A DNA stretch of 64,000 nt from Malacoraja senta (lineage: Eukaryota), in contig CM075987.1 of the NCBI GenBank assembly GCA_038087875.1, positions 23,376,001 to 23,440,000 on the forward strand. Reading direction: 5' to 3'. Positions 1-12,862 of the stretch are shown here, piece after piece (positions within the stretch are counted from its first letter, which is position 1; each line of letters opens with the position of its first letter). The translations under genes and the position numbers were made by a program. The notes below the pieces were generated by a model. That model saw nothing but the letters and a program-made list of their open reading frames with translations, did not search any database and had not been told where the DNA came from.

Positions 1-114
1 AAAATACCCAATGACTTGGCCTCCACAGCAGTCTGTGGCAATGAGTTCCACAGATTCACCATCCTCTGACCAAAGAATTTCCTCCTCGTCTCCTTTGTAA
101 AGGGTCGTCTTTTT

Positions 115-452
115 CCTCCTAATAGATAAATTTGACCAATTCACAACGAGTTGGTCTCCATTTGTCGCCTTTTTGGAATCATATGGTGCAACACAATTGT
201 AAAAGCTAACTCGTGACTGGGCGAGGGATGGTCAAGTTTATAAATAAGATCTCCTTACTTCTTTTTTCTTTTTCTTCACTTTTCTTCTTTTCTTCTCTTT
301 TTCCTATTTTCTATTCTTTAACTTTCTTCTTTCACTCTCTATTTTTCTTTTCCACACACTATATATCTCACATTTTTCTATTTTTCGTTATCTAACTTCT
401 TTTTCTTTTTCTTCTTTATTATAAATCTTTTTTTTAAAAGATGAAAATAAAA
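115..452 (+). mobile_element. L1-like LINE 3' end inserted into a CR1 fragment
   Basis: KFDQFTTSWSPFVAFLESYGATQL* C-terminus, T-rich UTR and A-rich tail. Flanked by AAGG(G/T)TCGTCTTTTT duplication (~100-114 / ~453-467). Same family at 54455-54840. Confidence 0.65.
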
Positions 453-1207
453 AAGGTTCGTCTTTTTATTCTGAGGCTGTGCACTGGTCCTGGACTCTCC
501 AACTAGTTGAAACTTCCTCTCCCATGGTCTGCATCTCTCTATTCCCTGCCTGTTCATGTATCAGTCTAAATGCCTCTTCAACATAGCATCGTGCCTGGTT
601 CCACCATTTCCCTGGCAGCACAATCCAGGTTCTACCTTCCCCCGTGTACATAAACTTGCCTCGCAAATCTCCTTTAAATTCCCCCCCTCTCACTTTAAAC
701 CTATGCCTTCCATCCTGGGATAAAAAGACACCTATTTACACCTCTCATCATTTCATTTAATTCTAGCAGATCAAGCAGCATCTCAGGAGAGAGAAGCAGA
801 GATGATCTTCTCTGTATCGATACAAGCAACAAGAGGCGGTTAGAACACTAAATCGAAAGGAAAAGTGTCGTACTCTGTGATAGTGAGTAACAGGGCAATG
901 GCTGTTCACAGCTCAGGATCAGAAGTCCAACAGCGATGATCAATAGGAGACTTGGATCCTGATCCCACACTGCCAGTCCTGGCTCAGGGTCCCACCATTC
1001 TTGGACTGCTCGCACTGTGGAAGGCTTGGGCTACTTCAACCTTGGTCTGAAACAACTCCGCTGGTGGTGGAGACCGGAAAAATCTCAATCTGCCGTAGTG
1101 AAGGAGTGAACGGGTAATAATAACTCAGACTGCACCAATGAATGAAGAATTAGACAGAGCACAGGCTGGAGGTGGAAGCTACACAGGTCGTGTGATAGGG
1201 AGGAGAT

Positions 1208-1870
1208 AATAATAATAATAATAATAGATTTTATTTATATAGCGCTTTTCAGGACTCAAAGTCACTTTACAATTGAGAGTCAGGAATAAACAAAACAAAA
1301 TAGAGCAGTAAGACAGAGGGGAGGGGAACATGGGACTAAGGGTATGCAGAGGTGAAGAGATGGGTCTTGAGGCGGGACTGGAAGATGGTGAGGGACTCAG
1401 AATTTCGGACCGGTTGTGGGAGGGAATTCCAGAGCCTGGGAGCTGCCCTGGAGAAGGCTCTGCCTCCAAAAGTGCAGAGGTTTGATTTCGGAGTGGAGAG
1501 GAGACCAGCTGATGTGGATCTGAGGGACCGTGAGGGTTGGTAGGGGGAGAGGAGGTTAATGAGATAAGGGGGGGCCAGGTTGTTGAGGGCTTTGTAGGTG
1601 AGGACCAGGATTTTGTAGGTGATCCGGTGGGAAATGGGAAGCCAGTGAAGTTCTTTGAGAACTGGGGTGATGTGGTGCCAGGATTTGGTGTGGGTAATGA
1701 GTCGAGCGGCTGCATTTTGGACCAGTTGGAGTCGTTTGATGCTGCTGGAATTGATTCCGAAAAGAAGAGAGTTACAGTAGTCCAGTCGGGAGGAGATGAA
1801 GGCATGGATGAGTCTTTCAGCAGCGGGGGGTGTGAGAGAGGATCTGATTTTTGCAATGTTGCGGAGGCAA
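1208..1870 (-). mobile_element. L2 LINE 3' fragment (RT C-terminus plus TTA tail)
   Basis: LRNIAKIR..LIHAFISSRLDYCNSLL..LQLVQNAAARL..HITPVLKELHWLP..FQSRLKTHLF is typical of L2; ends in an (ATT)n tail. Confidence 0.92.
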
Positions 1871-2495
1871 TGATGGGGCTCAGACTGTGTCAGAGGGAGG
1901 GGAATGTGTGAGAGGGAGTGGTGATGATGGACCTCATATTGAGTGAGAGGAGGGGAGATGATGGGGCTCATATTATGTAAACGGCAGATGATGGGACACA
2001 GACTGTGTCTGAGGGAGGGGAGTGGAAAGAGATGCTGTGTCGATGAACAAAAAGTTTGACACTTTACCGCCTCAACTCCCATTAAACTGTAGCTAGTAAT
2101 GAAGCTTTTGAGATATGGTGCGGTTCTGAATTAGTTGTACATTGTGGTCAGAAACAACAAACTGTGTAACTATGTATTAAACCAGAAACGTTGCTTTCCA
2201 ATAGATGTGGAGCTCAACTTGATCACATCAGGACTGCATTAAACGTTGGAATGTAATTGGGTTCTGGAGATGTAAGCCTTGTCATTGCACTTTAGCTGCC
2301 AGCTGGGAAAGAATGATCCTCTCCCTCTGGTGAACCCACATTACAGAGTGGTTTATCACGGAGACGTGACCAGCATAGAGAGAGTTTCATCGTGCCAAAG
2401 CGTGGAGATTAACCATCAATAATAGAAACTGCATTTTTTTTTAAACCCCTCTACACATCGTGCAATGCCTCAAGACATCTTTCAAGAGTGAGTTA

Positions 2496-3568
2496 AGGGC
2501 CTGTCCCACTTGGCCAACATTTGCGCGCCATTTACGCGACCTTGTCGTAGCGTTGAGACGTACGGGCAGCGTGTGGGCCGCGCGGGACGGTCGCATGGAG
2601 AAGCGCGGAGAGGTATGGAGTTGACCGCGGTATCGCGCGCCGCTCCAGGATTTTGTAGGGCACAAAATCTTCGCGCGCCTCCGGCGTGACGTATCGCGTA
2701 CGCACGCGTGCGTATTGCGGTCGCACGCTGACGTCCTGATCTCGTACGTGTAGCGCGTGGTGACGCATGATTACGTCACCGTGCATAACCATGTGCCGCC
2801 GCGCGCCGCCCATACGCAGTCGGCCCGCCTTTTACCCGTCATGGATATAAGCGCGTGCGATTTAAAAATCTGCACAGTTTCGTAGTGGAAATGGTGAACA
2901 CCAAAACACACTAAACCGGAAAGTGCAAAAGTGAATTGATGACTGCTTGGGTCCCTGGATTGTGGGTAAGGAAGAGGTTAAAAACACAAACGTTGTATCT
3001 CCTACAGCTGGATGAACGAATTACATGAGAAGGGGTGCAGTTGGTAGAAATGGAAGAGCAAACCAGATAAGCGATACAAAATGCTGGAGTAACTCAGTGG
3101 GACCGGCAGCAACTCTGGAGAGAAGCAATGGGTGACGTTTCGGGTCGAGACCCTTCTTCAGACTGAAGAATAGTCTCGACCCGAAACATCATCCATTCCT
3201 TCTCTCCAGAGATGCTGCCTGTCCCGCCGAGTTACTCCAGCGTTTTGTGTCTATCTTCAATTTAAACCAGCATCTGGAGTTCCTTCCTGCAGATTAATTT
3301 GGTCTGCAGCTTGCTGCTATTCATTCACCTCTTTTTTTGAATAGGGGCATTACATCTGCAGTTTTCCAATTGCTAGCACCACTCAAGAAACTGGAACATT
3401 TTAGAAAATCACCATAAATATCATAAACTGGGTAAATATCATAAACTGGATATTCAAATGACGTCACGCGCTCCAGAAGGCTGTGCTGACGCATGAAGAC
3501 GCGCGATGACGCGCGCGACAGTCACGACCGGCCTGTCCCGTAAATGACGGCCAAGTGGGACAGGCCCT
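2496..3568. mobile_element. PIF/Harbinger-like non-autonomous DNA transposon, subfamily A
   Basis: TIR AGGGCCTGTCCCACTTGGCC / GGCCAAGTGGGACAGGCCCT with TTA TSD (2493-2495, 3569-3571). Removal restores the CR1 sequence TTCAAGAGTGAGTTAGATTTAGCTC. Confidence 0.8.
3070..3290. mobile_element. Penelope-derived hairpin element with hammerhead-like core
   Basis: Inverted arms around CTTCTTCAGACTGAAGAA; minus strand 3134-3161 reads CTGAAGAAGGGTCTCGACCCGAAACGTC. Confidence 0.75.
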
Positions 3569-3571
3569 TTA

Positions 3572-3718
3572 GATTTAGCTCTTAGGGCTAAGGGAATCAA
3601 GGGATATGGGGAAAAAGCTGGAATGGGCTACTGATTTTGGATGATCAGCCATGATCATATTGAATGGCGGTTGTGGGTCGAAGGGCCGAATGGCCTACTC
3701 CTGCACATATTTTCTATG
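3572..3718 (+). mobile_element. CR1/HER1 LINE 3' end
   Basis: GGAATCAAGGGATATGGGG..GATCAGCCATGATCATATTGAATGGCGG..GAAGGGCCGAATGGCCTACTCCTGCAC tail. Confidence 0.85.
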
Positions 3719-4294
3719 AGGCAGTTCACAGGAGCAGTATGAAACACGTGATCCTCAAAGGGGATGGTGAAGAATCATAGTACTCACGCAGATGCTGGAA
3801 ACTTGAGAATCCTTTAATTCTGAGGCTATGGCCTCTGGTCCTAGACTCTCCCACTAGCGGAAACATCCTCGCCACATCCACTCGATCTAGCCTTTCACTA
3901 TTCTGTATGTTTCAACGAGACTTCCCCCTGATCCTTGTAAACTCCAACTGCTTCTGTTTAGGAGACAGTGAGCATTTAGGGCAAAGTCTGTGCAGCAACA
4001 TTCCGGGCCAGGCCAAATTCTTGGAATCCAACGGGAACCATTTGTGGTTTGTCAAAACTCCCTGTGTCGGAGTGGGAGAGACAGTGGAGCATGTTGGAGA
4101 TGATGCTACTGTTTGAGGGGGTCTACAGGAGGGTGAGTGACACAACCTGTGCCTCAGGTGATCGGAGACAGGGGACCCTCGACACAGCGGCTAGTACAAA
4201 TAGAGGGGCTGAATGGTTCCTTTACCTCAGCTTCTGGATAAGGAAGCTGCCTGCGATATTCCCCTAGTATCTGTAACTGAAATGAAACGTGTTT

Positions 4295-4722
4295 CGTTTT
4301 AGTTTAGTTTAGTTTAGTTTAGTTTAGTTCAGTTTAGTTCAGTTTGGAGATACAGAGCGATAACAGGCCCTTCGGCCCACCGAGTCCGCACCGATCAGCA
4401 ATCACCGCACACTAACACTACCCCACACACAATTTACATTTATACCAAGCCGATTCACCTACAAACCTGTACGTCTTTGGAGTGTGGGAGGAAACCGGAG
4501 ATCCCGGAGAAAACCCACGCAGGTCACGGGGAGAACGTACAAACTCCGTACAGACAGGCACCTGTAGTCGGGATCGAACCTGGGTCTCCGGCGTAAGGCA
4601 GTATCCAACCTTGCTGCACATGTTCTGGAAGTGCTGAGATCTTATAGAAAGGAAAATATCCCGTAGTCGGGATCGAACCTGAGCGCTGTAAGGCAGCAAC
4701 TCTACCGCTGGGCCACCGTGCC
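4295..4722 (-). mobile_element. HE1-type tRNA-derived V-SINE with rearranged 5' end
   Basis: V-domain GCGTGGGTTTTCTCCGG..GGTTTCCTCCCAC, (CTAAA)n tail, and B-box region present twice around an inserted segment. Confidence 0.85.
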
Positions 4723-5029
4723 ACCCACACGGCAGTCCAACACGCACAAACAAATCTTCAAAGGAGATAGGAAATGGATCGGTCTAGACCAGTTGAATTC
4801 CCTTCTCGATGTTTAAGCACCATTTTAATAAGTTGGGGAATTCTGAACTTTCGACCTTAACCAAACTAAACCAGAATGGAGTTTTTTTTTGTTAAACTGA
4901 TTTCCGACATATTTAAACTATTAAAGTGTTAAGAATTTTTAAATCGTTATCAAAGAAGGGGGAGAAGGGTGGGCATACTTCAACTAACATTGGTATGAGA
5001 AGGGAGAGGAGGGCGAATGAGATGCGAGA

Positions 5030-5762
5030 TAGGCTCTGTCCGCCTCGGCCTACCTGATCACCGAGTTACTCAACACTTTAACTCCCCTTCCCATTCCCAC
5101 ACCGACCTCCCTCTCCTGGGCCTCATCCACTGTCAGAGTGAGGCCCAGTGCAAAGTGGAGGAATTCTCTGCCTCAGAGGGCGGTGGAGGCAGGTTCTCTG
5201 GATGCTTTCAAGAAAGAGCTAGATAGGGCTCTTAAAAATAGCAGAGTCAGGGGGATATGGGGAGAAGGCAGGAACGGGGTACTGATTGGGGATGATCAGC
5301 CATGATCACATTGAATGGCGGTGCTGGCTCGAAGGGCCGAATGGCCTACTCCTACACCTATTGTCTATTGTCTATTGTCTAGCAGCACCTCATATTTTGT
5401 TTGGGCAGCTTACAACACCGCTGCATGAATATTGACTTCCCTAACTTCAAGTGACCCTTGCTGTCCCTCTCTCTCAGTCCCTCCTCCATCCTAGGTATCT
5501 GATTAGATCTACTGTCCACCTGATTAAATATTACAGATTGAATGCCTCAGCTAACAATGAACCATTCGACAGTTCCTGATCAACATCCGCTTTGATCCGT
5601 CATAATCACACCTTACCCTTCCATATCTCTAGACTCCTTTTCCTCTGACTCTTTGTCTGAGCAAGGATCTCGACCAAAAACGTTACCCATTCCTTCTCTC
5701 CAGAGATGATGCCTGTGTTACTGCCAGAAGCAGTGAGTTACTCCAGCATTTTGTGTCTATTT
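5030..5762 (+). mobile_element. Penelope-like element 3' part (GIY-YIG C-terminus plus pLTR), interrupted by CR1 at ~5160-5380
   Basis: QHFNSPSHSHTDL..GLIHCQSEAQCKVEE joins QHLIFCLGSLQ..MNIDFPNFK* across the CR1 insertion; degenerate CTGA..GTCTCGACC..AAACGTT terminus follows. Confidence 0.8.
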
Positions 5763-6032
5763 CTGGGAGAGAGCCAGACAGGTTCGGAGGTGAGCAGCAG
5801 AGGAGATGAAGTGGAGAGGGGCAGGGGGAGAGTATTGGGGGCAGTTGTTGGAAAGAAGGAGTTGAAAGGGGAGAGGACTGAATGGGATGGGTTAAGAGGA
5901 AAATGGGAATGGGGATTGGATGAACAGGAAAGGAGGAGCTGAAGAAGGGGAATGAGAAGGGAAGGATTCTCAAAGTGGGAAATGGGGGAATGAACAGCTT
6001 CGTGAGGAGGGGGAAGACATTATGAGTGGGAC

Positions 6033-6243
6033 AGACACAAAAAGCTGGAGTAACTCAGCCATTCAGGCAGCATCTCTGGAGAAAAGGAATAGGTGACGTT
6101 TCAGATTGTGACCCTTCTTCAGATGTCTCGACCCGAAACGTCACCCATTCCTTCTTTCCAGAAATGCTGCCTGATCCGCTGAGTTACTCCAGCTTTTTGT
6201 GTCTACCTTCGGTTTAAACCAGCATCTGCAGTTCCTTCCTATG
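6033..6243. mobile_element. Penelope-derived hairpin element with TSD
   Basis: Inverted arms; CATTA(T/C)GAGTGGGAC duplicated at 6018-6032 and 6244-6258. Confidence 0.8.
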
Positions 6244-6339
6244 CATTACGAGTGGGACTGTTCAGGGTGGAATTCTCCAGAGAAAAAGGTGGGAGTGAGG
6301 AAGGGAAGGGAGGATGAAGAGGTTGACTGGATCTGACAT

Positions 6340-6451
6340 GGACATCACACGCTGCCGCACTGGTAAGTAAGGCAAGGCAGCGCCTTTACCACCTCAGGCA
6401 ATTGAGGAAATTCAGAGTGTCTCTGAGGATCCTCCAGTGCTTCTACTCAGC
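6340..6451 (+). mobile_element. Rex1/Babar-like LINE fragment truncated by gap
   Basis: HAAALVSKARQRLYHLRQLRKFRVSLRILQCFYS motif. Confidence 0.7.
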
Positions 6452-6651
6452 NNNNNNNNNNNNNNNNNNNNNNNNNNNNNNNNNNNNNNNNNNNNNNNNN
6501 NNNNNNNNNNNNNNNNNNNNNNNNNNNNNNNNNNNNNNNNNNNNNNNNNNNNNNNNNNNNNNNNNNNNNNNNNNNNNNNNNNNNNNNNNNNNNNNNNNNN
6601 NNNNNNNNNNNNNNNNNNNNNNNNNNNNNNNNNNNNNNNNNNNNNNNNNNN
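6452..6651. other. Assembly gap (200 N)
   Basis: Run of N. Confidence 1.
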
Positions 6652-8459
6652 AACTCCCTGGAAAAACAAAGCCTGCCTCACAACATGCAACAGCAGGATG
6701 GTGTGGACTTCTGATAACAGGAAGGATGTGGGGGCTTGGGTAGAGTGCAGAAGTGATGTACGAAGGTGTTGCCTACGTTGGTGTGCATTATCTACAAGGG
6801 GGGGGCTGGAGAAACTGTTTGGATTATTTTTGTTGTGGTGTTTTTAAATGCACGTTCCAAAAGGTGGGCAAGTTTTACACAACACAGAGAATGGCTGGTG
6901 CCTGGAACATTACAGCATACTTTGCCAGCCCACTTCACACGACCTCTTGGGTTGTGATCCCGGGATGAATCCCTGTGCCACGTGAGAGTGATGCTAAAAA
7001 TGGGAAGATGGGACAGTTGAATGGGTGGCCTAAAGAGCTGGTCTAGGAGGGAGGTGCTTGAGATACCTGGATCATTGCCACCTCATACAAGGCAGTGAAT
7101 GAAGGACGGGTTGCACCAAGACTGGAGGGGCACCTATACACTCGCCGGGTGGTTTGCTGGAGCTACTCGGGAGGGTTAAGACTTGTGTGGCAAGGGTGTG
7201 GAACAGGAGCAGCAGGTGGACTGATGTCAGTCTGAAGAAGCGTCTCGACCCGAAACGTCACCCATTCCTTCTATGCAGAGATGCTGCCTGTCCGCTGAGT
7301 TACTCCAGCATTTTGTGTCTATCTTCGGAGTGAGTGAGGAGATGGTGGAGGTTAGCTCGTGGAGGTGTAATAGCAATGACAGGCAAGTCCAGGATATAAT
7401 ATGGCAGGAATGACTGTGTGAAGTATACTTGTGGTAATGCAAGGAGTATAATGGGTAAGACAATCGAACTAGGAGTCTGGGCATGGTGCTTTGACTTTGT
7501 AGTCTTAACAGAGGTTTGGATGAGAAACAGCAGCATAATGTTCCAAGATGCATATGTTTTAGGCGTACAAGAGATGAGAGCATTGCATTACTGATTGGGA
7601 AGAATGTCACTAAGCGAGGAAATCTTGGAGATTGTATCCAATTTGGTCATTTGGATAAAACTCAGGAATAGGAAAAGTGTAATCACTATAATATTTCAGA
7701 ATTTTTTCAACGTTTAAGAAGCATTTAGACAGGTGCATCGATAGGGTAGGTTTAGGGGATATGGGGCCAAAAGCAGGCAGGTGGGACTAGTGGAGATGGG
7801 TCGGGTGGGCAAGTAGGGCTCAAGGGCCTGTTTCCATGCTGTAGATCTCAATGACTATCATGGCATTACACTATTAGCCCCCAGTCACCAGAGGGAGCTA
7901 AATAAACGTATTCAGACAGATCGTGGAAAGTTGTGAAAATAGCAGAGTTGGTGCAGGGGGTGATTTTAACTTCCCCAATATCCACTGGGACAGTCTTAGT
8001 CCCAGGACCTTATACAGAGCAGAATCCAGGGGAGTTTCTTGTAACAATCCACTGGGTTTAGGAAGGTATGAGACCTTGTATGGAGCCTGACCAGCTGATC
8101 ACATTTTCAGTGGGGGAGCATTTTGGGAACAGTGACCATAATCTTGTAGGTTTTAAGAAAGTTATTGATAAGGATCTGACTAGTCATCATGTATTGTCTT
8201 ACCACTGACTGGTTAGCACGCAACTAAAGCATTGCACTGTACCTCAATAAACTAAACTGAACCAAACTAAAGTAGATAGGGGCAAGGCTACTCACAACAT
8301 TTGGCATGATCTGGAGAAAGTGGATTGGGAGCGTTTGTATGAGGGTAGTTCCATATCTGCCAAGCGTGAGTCTTTTAAAGGCCAGTTGATTTGCGATCAG
8401 GACCAGTATGTTCCTGTCAGGATGAACTGTAAGGATGGCAAGGGTTGAGAACTATTAGA

Positions 8460-8775
8460 GGGCGGCACGGTGGCGCAGCGGTAGAGTTGCTGCCTTACAG
8501 TGCCAGAGTACCTGGGTTCGATCCTGACTACAGGTGCTGCCTGTACAGAGTTTGTATGTTCTCCCCGTGAACTGTGTGGGTTTTCTCTGGGTGCTCTGGC
8601 TTCCTCCTTACCCTCCAAAGACGTACAGGTTTGTATGTTAATTGGGTTGGCATAATTGTAAATTGTCCCTAGTGTGCGTAGGATAGCGTTAGTGTGCGGA
8701 GATCGCTGGTCGGCATGGACCGGTTGGGCCGAATGGTCTGTTTCCATGCTAAACTAAACCATCCTAATAAACTAA
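8460..8775 (+). mobile_element. HE1-type V-SINE
   Basis: GGCGGCACGGTGGCGCAGCGGTAGAG A-box, GGTTCGATCC B-box, V-domain, CTAAA tail. Confidence 0.9.
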
Positions 8776-8783
8776 ATTATATT

Positions 8784-8935
8784 TAAGAAAGAGCTGCAGA
8801 TGCTGGAAAAATCGTAGGTAGACAAAAAAGCTGGAGAAACTCAGCGGGTGAAGGAATAGGCCACGTTTCAGGTCGAGACCCTTCTTCAGACCAAGGCTTA
8901 TTTCCTTTGCTCCATAGATGCTGCCTCACCCGCTG
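8784..8935. mobile_element. Penelope-derived hairpin element with TSD
   Basis: AACTAAATTATATT duplicated at 8770-8783 and 8936-8949. Confidence 0.75.
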
Positions 8936-9265
8936 AACTAAATTATATTGTAAGCTTAGTCAAAAGATAAAATGAAGCATACACAAGCTTTAGGAAGCTG
9001 GAATCAGACAAGACCCTTGAAGAATTTAAAGGAGGCAGGAAAGAATGTAAACAAGGAATTAAGTGCTAAAAGTGACCATGAGATTTCATTGGCAAGCAGG
9101 ATGTTGCAGCACCCCAAGGCTTTTTATAGTCGTATTCAGAGCAAGAGGGTAAATCGCAAAAGGTTGGTCCACTCATGGACAACGAGTGGTATTAGTGTGT
9201 GGAGGCACAGGAAGTGGCTGAGGTCTGTAATGAATACTTTGCAATAGTAATTACCAAATATTTAC

Positions 9266-9551
9266 GGGCGTCAGGGTGGCGTAGCGGCAGAGTTGCTGCC
9301 TCACAGCCCCAGAGACCCGGGTACGATCCTGACTACGGGTGCTGTCTGTACGGAGATTATACGTTCTCCCCGTGACCTGCGTGGGTTTTCTCCGAGATCT
9401 ACGGTTTCCTCCCACACTCTAAAGACGTACATGTTTGCAGGTTAATTGGCTTGGTATCAATGTAAAAATTGTCCCTGGTGTGTGTGTTGGTGGTCGCTGG
9501 TCGGTGCCGACTCAGTAGGCTGAAGGGCCTGTTTCCGCACTGTAAACTAAA
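9266..9551 (+). mobile_element. HE1-type V-SINE
   Basis: Same consensus as 8460-8775. Confidence 0.88.
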
Positions 9552-11259
9552 CAACATTGAGCAGAAGAATATGAATAATAATGAAATTAGGGAGGGCTAT
9601 GTTGATATCTTAGTGCTCATTAGTATTAAGCAGGGGCAGGTCTTGGTCTTTTGAAGAACATTAAAGTGGATAAGTCCCTCGGGCCTGATGGGAGGGAAGC
9701 AAGAGAGGAAATTGCTGGGTGGTGTAGAAAGGAACTGCAGATGCTGGTTTAAACTGAAGACAGACGCAAAAAGCTGGAGTAACTCAGCGGGACAGACAGC
9801 ATCTCTGGAGAGAAGGAATCTGCAACGTCTCTGGTCGAGACCCTTCTTCAACAGTCTGAAGAAGTGTCTCAAACCGAAACGTCACCAGTTCCTTTTCTCC
9901 AGAGATGCTGTCTGATCTGCTGAGTGTGTCTATCTTTGGAAATTGCTGAGGGCTTGATACAGATCTTCCTATCCACTTTAGCTACCAGGGAGATGCCAGA
10001 AGATTTGAGAACAACCAATGTTTTTCTTTTGTTTAAGAAGGTCAACAAGGACAAACCAATAAATAACATGCCAGGTGCCGTTGTGGTCACCAGACGATAG
10101 GACGTATGTGGAGGCTTTGGAGAGGGTGCAGAAGAGATTCTCCTGGAGAAGGGTCTTGACCCGAAACGTCACCTTAATTCTTTTCTCCAGAGATGTTGCC
10201 ACAACTGAAGTGTTTTAGCCTTCAGGAGAGGTTGGACAAGCTTGGATTATTTCCCCAATAGTAGCGAAGGCCGAGGAGCGACCTGGGAGAAGTTTATAAA
10301 ATGACGACAATCATAGATTGGGTAGATAGTCAGAGTCTTTCCCCAGGGTGGAGGCAAGTTTTTTTTTAACAGAGAGAGATATGGGTAACTGGAATGTGTT
10401 GCCAGGGAAGGTGGTAAAAACAGATATTATAGTGATATTTTAGGGACATTTAGTCGGATAAAACAGGCAGGGAATAGATGGGATACATTTAGATTGGCTT
10501 CATGGTTGGCACAGACTTATTTGGCCAACGGGCCTGTTCCTGTACCCCACTGTTCTGTGGTGTATACAAGGGACTCTATTAGCGTGAACTTTGCTTTCAT
10601 CTTGCATGTTCCTGTATTAAAGTGTATTCTTAGGATGTGATGATTCCGGTGCTGGGAATGCCAGCGTTCCGTGCCAACCGCAGGTGCCCTGGAACAGGGA
10701 CTTCCTACTGAATCGGTTGGAGCTGGTTTGGTCGAACACAATGGCCACCTCAGAGAGCTGGAGGAGGAGAGGCAGTCATTAGTGTGAGGCTGGTGGAGCC
10801 ACATATTCAACCAGGCAGGGGAAAGGGGAACACATTTCCTTCTCAATTTGTGCTGAAATGAACCAGTATTGATTTTGTGATCATCCAAGTGCATCACGGT
10901 CAATGATAAGATCGTAGAAACCGTTCCAATATGCGGTGAGATCATGGCTGATCTGTTGCCCATTTCACACACCTCACTTCACTCCTTAACCCAAGATACT
11001 AAAAATCTTTTTATCTCAAATTAAAATTGACAATGACGTATTTGACGATGGCAAAGATGTTGGCAAATACCACACAAAAAATTCACTCATAATTTGTGTC
11101 TTTTGCTTAAACATGAGATCTTTTCTGGAATTGCTTAGCTTGTTAGCAACTCTTCTCCGACTGGCCCTCCAGGACAAGGGTGGTTTGCTCCCGTGCCACC
11201 TCCAACGGTTCTCAGGTGGAACCTACGAGAATGATCCCACACATGAGTGGGTTAACACA

Positions 11260-11665
11260 TAATGAGTGTTTGACGGCACTGGGCCTGTACTCGCTGGAGT
11301 TTAGAAGGATGATGGGGGGGACCTCATTGAAACTTACCGAACAGTGATGGGCCTGGATGTGGAGAGGATGTTTCCACTTGTGGGGGAGACTAGGACCAGA
11401 GGCCATAGCCTCAGAATTAAAGGATGTATTTTTAGAAAGGGGATTAGGAGTGATTTCTTTCGTCAGAGGGTGGTGAAACTGTGGAATTCATCGCCACAGA
11501 AGGCTGCGGAGGCCAAGTCAATGGATATTGACAGATTCTTGATTAGTAGGGGGGAGTCAGGGGTTATGGGGAGAAGGCAGGAAAATGGGAGGGAAAGATA
11601 GATCAGGCATGATTAAATGGCGGAGAGGGCTTGATGGGTTGAATGGCCTATTTCTGCTCCTAGAA
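11260..11665 (+). mobile_element. CR1 LINE 3' fragment
   Basis: GLYSLEFRRM..MFPLVGETRTRGHSLRIKG..QRVVKLWNS motifs plus 3' UTR. Confidence 0.88.
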
Positions 11666-11894
11666 CGTTTGAACTCATGGATGGTGCCGTGTGAGAACCA
11701 CGGACTCTCTCACAGGGTGGGCTGGCAGGGCTGGCATGGGTCCTTTATGATGTTGACATCCTTGTACTGTGCAACTGACCTTGGCATGGTCCCACTGTGG
11801 AGACGCGAGGTACTCAGAGCCTTGCCAAGTGCTCCGTCTCCATCTTGTTCAGTCACTGGCCAGGGAGTCTTCAGAGTCATTTAAAAAAAAAAAT

Positions 11895-12105
11895 TTTTTT
11901 TTATTTTTTTTATTTTTTTTTAAACTTTATTTATAGAGCACTTTAAAAACAACCACTGTTGCAACAACGTGCTGTACATGACTAATCATAAACATAAAAT
12001 AAAACAATAAAAACATTAAAAGACAGTAAAAACAATAGAAAACAATAGAAACACTAAAACAGGAACAAAGTCTCATGCAGGGTCAAAAGCCAAGGAATAG
12101 AAAAG
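11895..12105 (-). mobile_element. L2-like LINE extreme 3' end
   Basis: Minus strand FYSLAFD, then ..GTACAGCAC..GTGCTCTATAAATAAAG and an A-rich tail. Confidence 0.6.
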
Positions 12106-12489
12106 GGTCGGAGCGCCGCGTCCGGCCCCCGCCTCACCCGTCCCGACGTAGTGCAGCCCATGGAGTGCAGCAGCAGCAGCGCCTCGCCCGTGGCCCCGTC
12201 GGTCGGTCGGCAGCCCGGCCAGCTGTCCGACCTTCAGACCTTCGCTTGCCACCGACACCACCACCTCCTTCTCATGGCTGATCATCGATTCATGAGTTGG
12301 ACGGGGTGCCGGACCAAAACTCTTCAGCTGGCCCGCCGACTGGGCTTTGTGTGCAGTCCAGCACCCGGGCCAACTCATCATTCACCAAGCCATGGCCGAG
12401 TCGGTCAACGAATTGCCGTGTTGTCGGGAATTTGTCCCTTATTTTGACCGTTTGTCCCTTATTTGGGAGTGAGAAAGTTGGCAACCCTA
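12106..12489 (-). mobile_element. hAT-like DNA transposon terminal fragment
   Basis: Terminus reads TAGGGTTGCCAACT on the minus strand with repeated subterminal ATAAGGGACAAA; CpG-rich interior; other end not seen. Confidence 0.55.
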
Positions 12490-12862
12490 GATGTCAGCGA
12501 TACTAGTTGATACAGGGCACTGACAATTGGTTGTAGGAGTTTGAGGAGATGGTTTTGGTGGTGGTCCTCTAGTGCCCTGAGGTGTTTGTTGCCGCATGTC
12601 CACAACAGGACTCCAGGATCACCCCTGCACCTCCAACCTTGCCCCTCCCTCTCACTCTCTCAATGGACGGACCCTGTCACCTCGAAGAACTAAGGCACGT
12701 GTTTACATCTTTGGCCAAGGAAAACTAAGGAGGTCCAGTATTGTTTCCATGAGGTGAATTCTGCCGTCAAACATGAGCTGGTCCCGCATGCAGACAACTC
12801 CGCCCCCCCCCCCCCCGATGGGGGAGACAACCGTCACATGACCTTCCACCTCATGCTAAAGT

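Larger units (their letters stand above)
7370..10560 (+). mobile_element. Old fragmented CR1 ORF2 (endonuclease to RT to 3' end) with many nested insertions
   Basis: Colinear degenerate motifs GDFNFPNIHW (~7958), GNSDHN (~8125), GPDG (~9681), PED.R..NV..LFKK (~9995), then 3' end. Confidence 0.7.

Noticed and set aside
8460..8535. tRNA-like A and B boxes
   Set aside because: Head of a tRNA-derived SINE, not a tRNA gene; the same applies to all copies.
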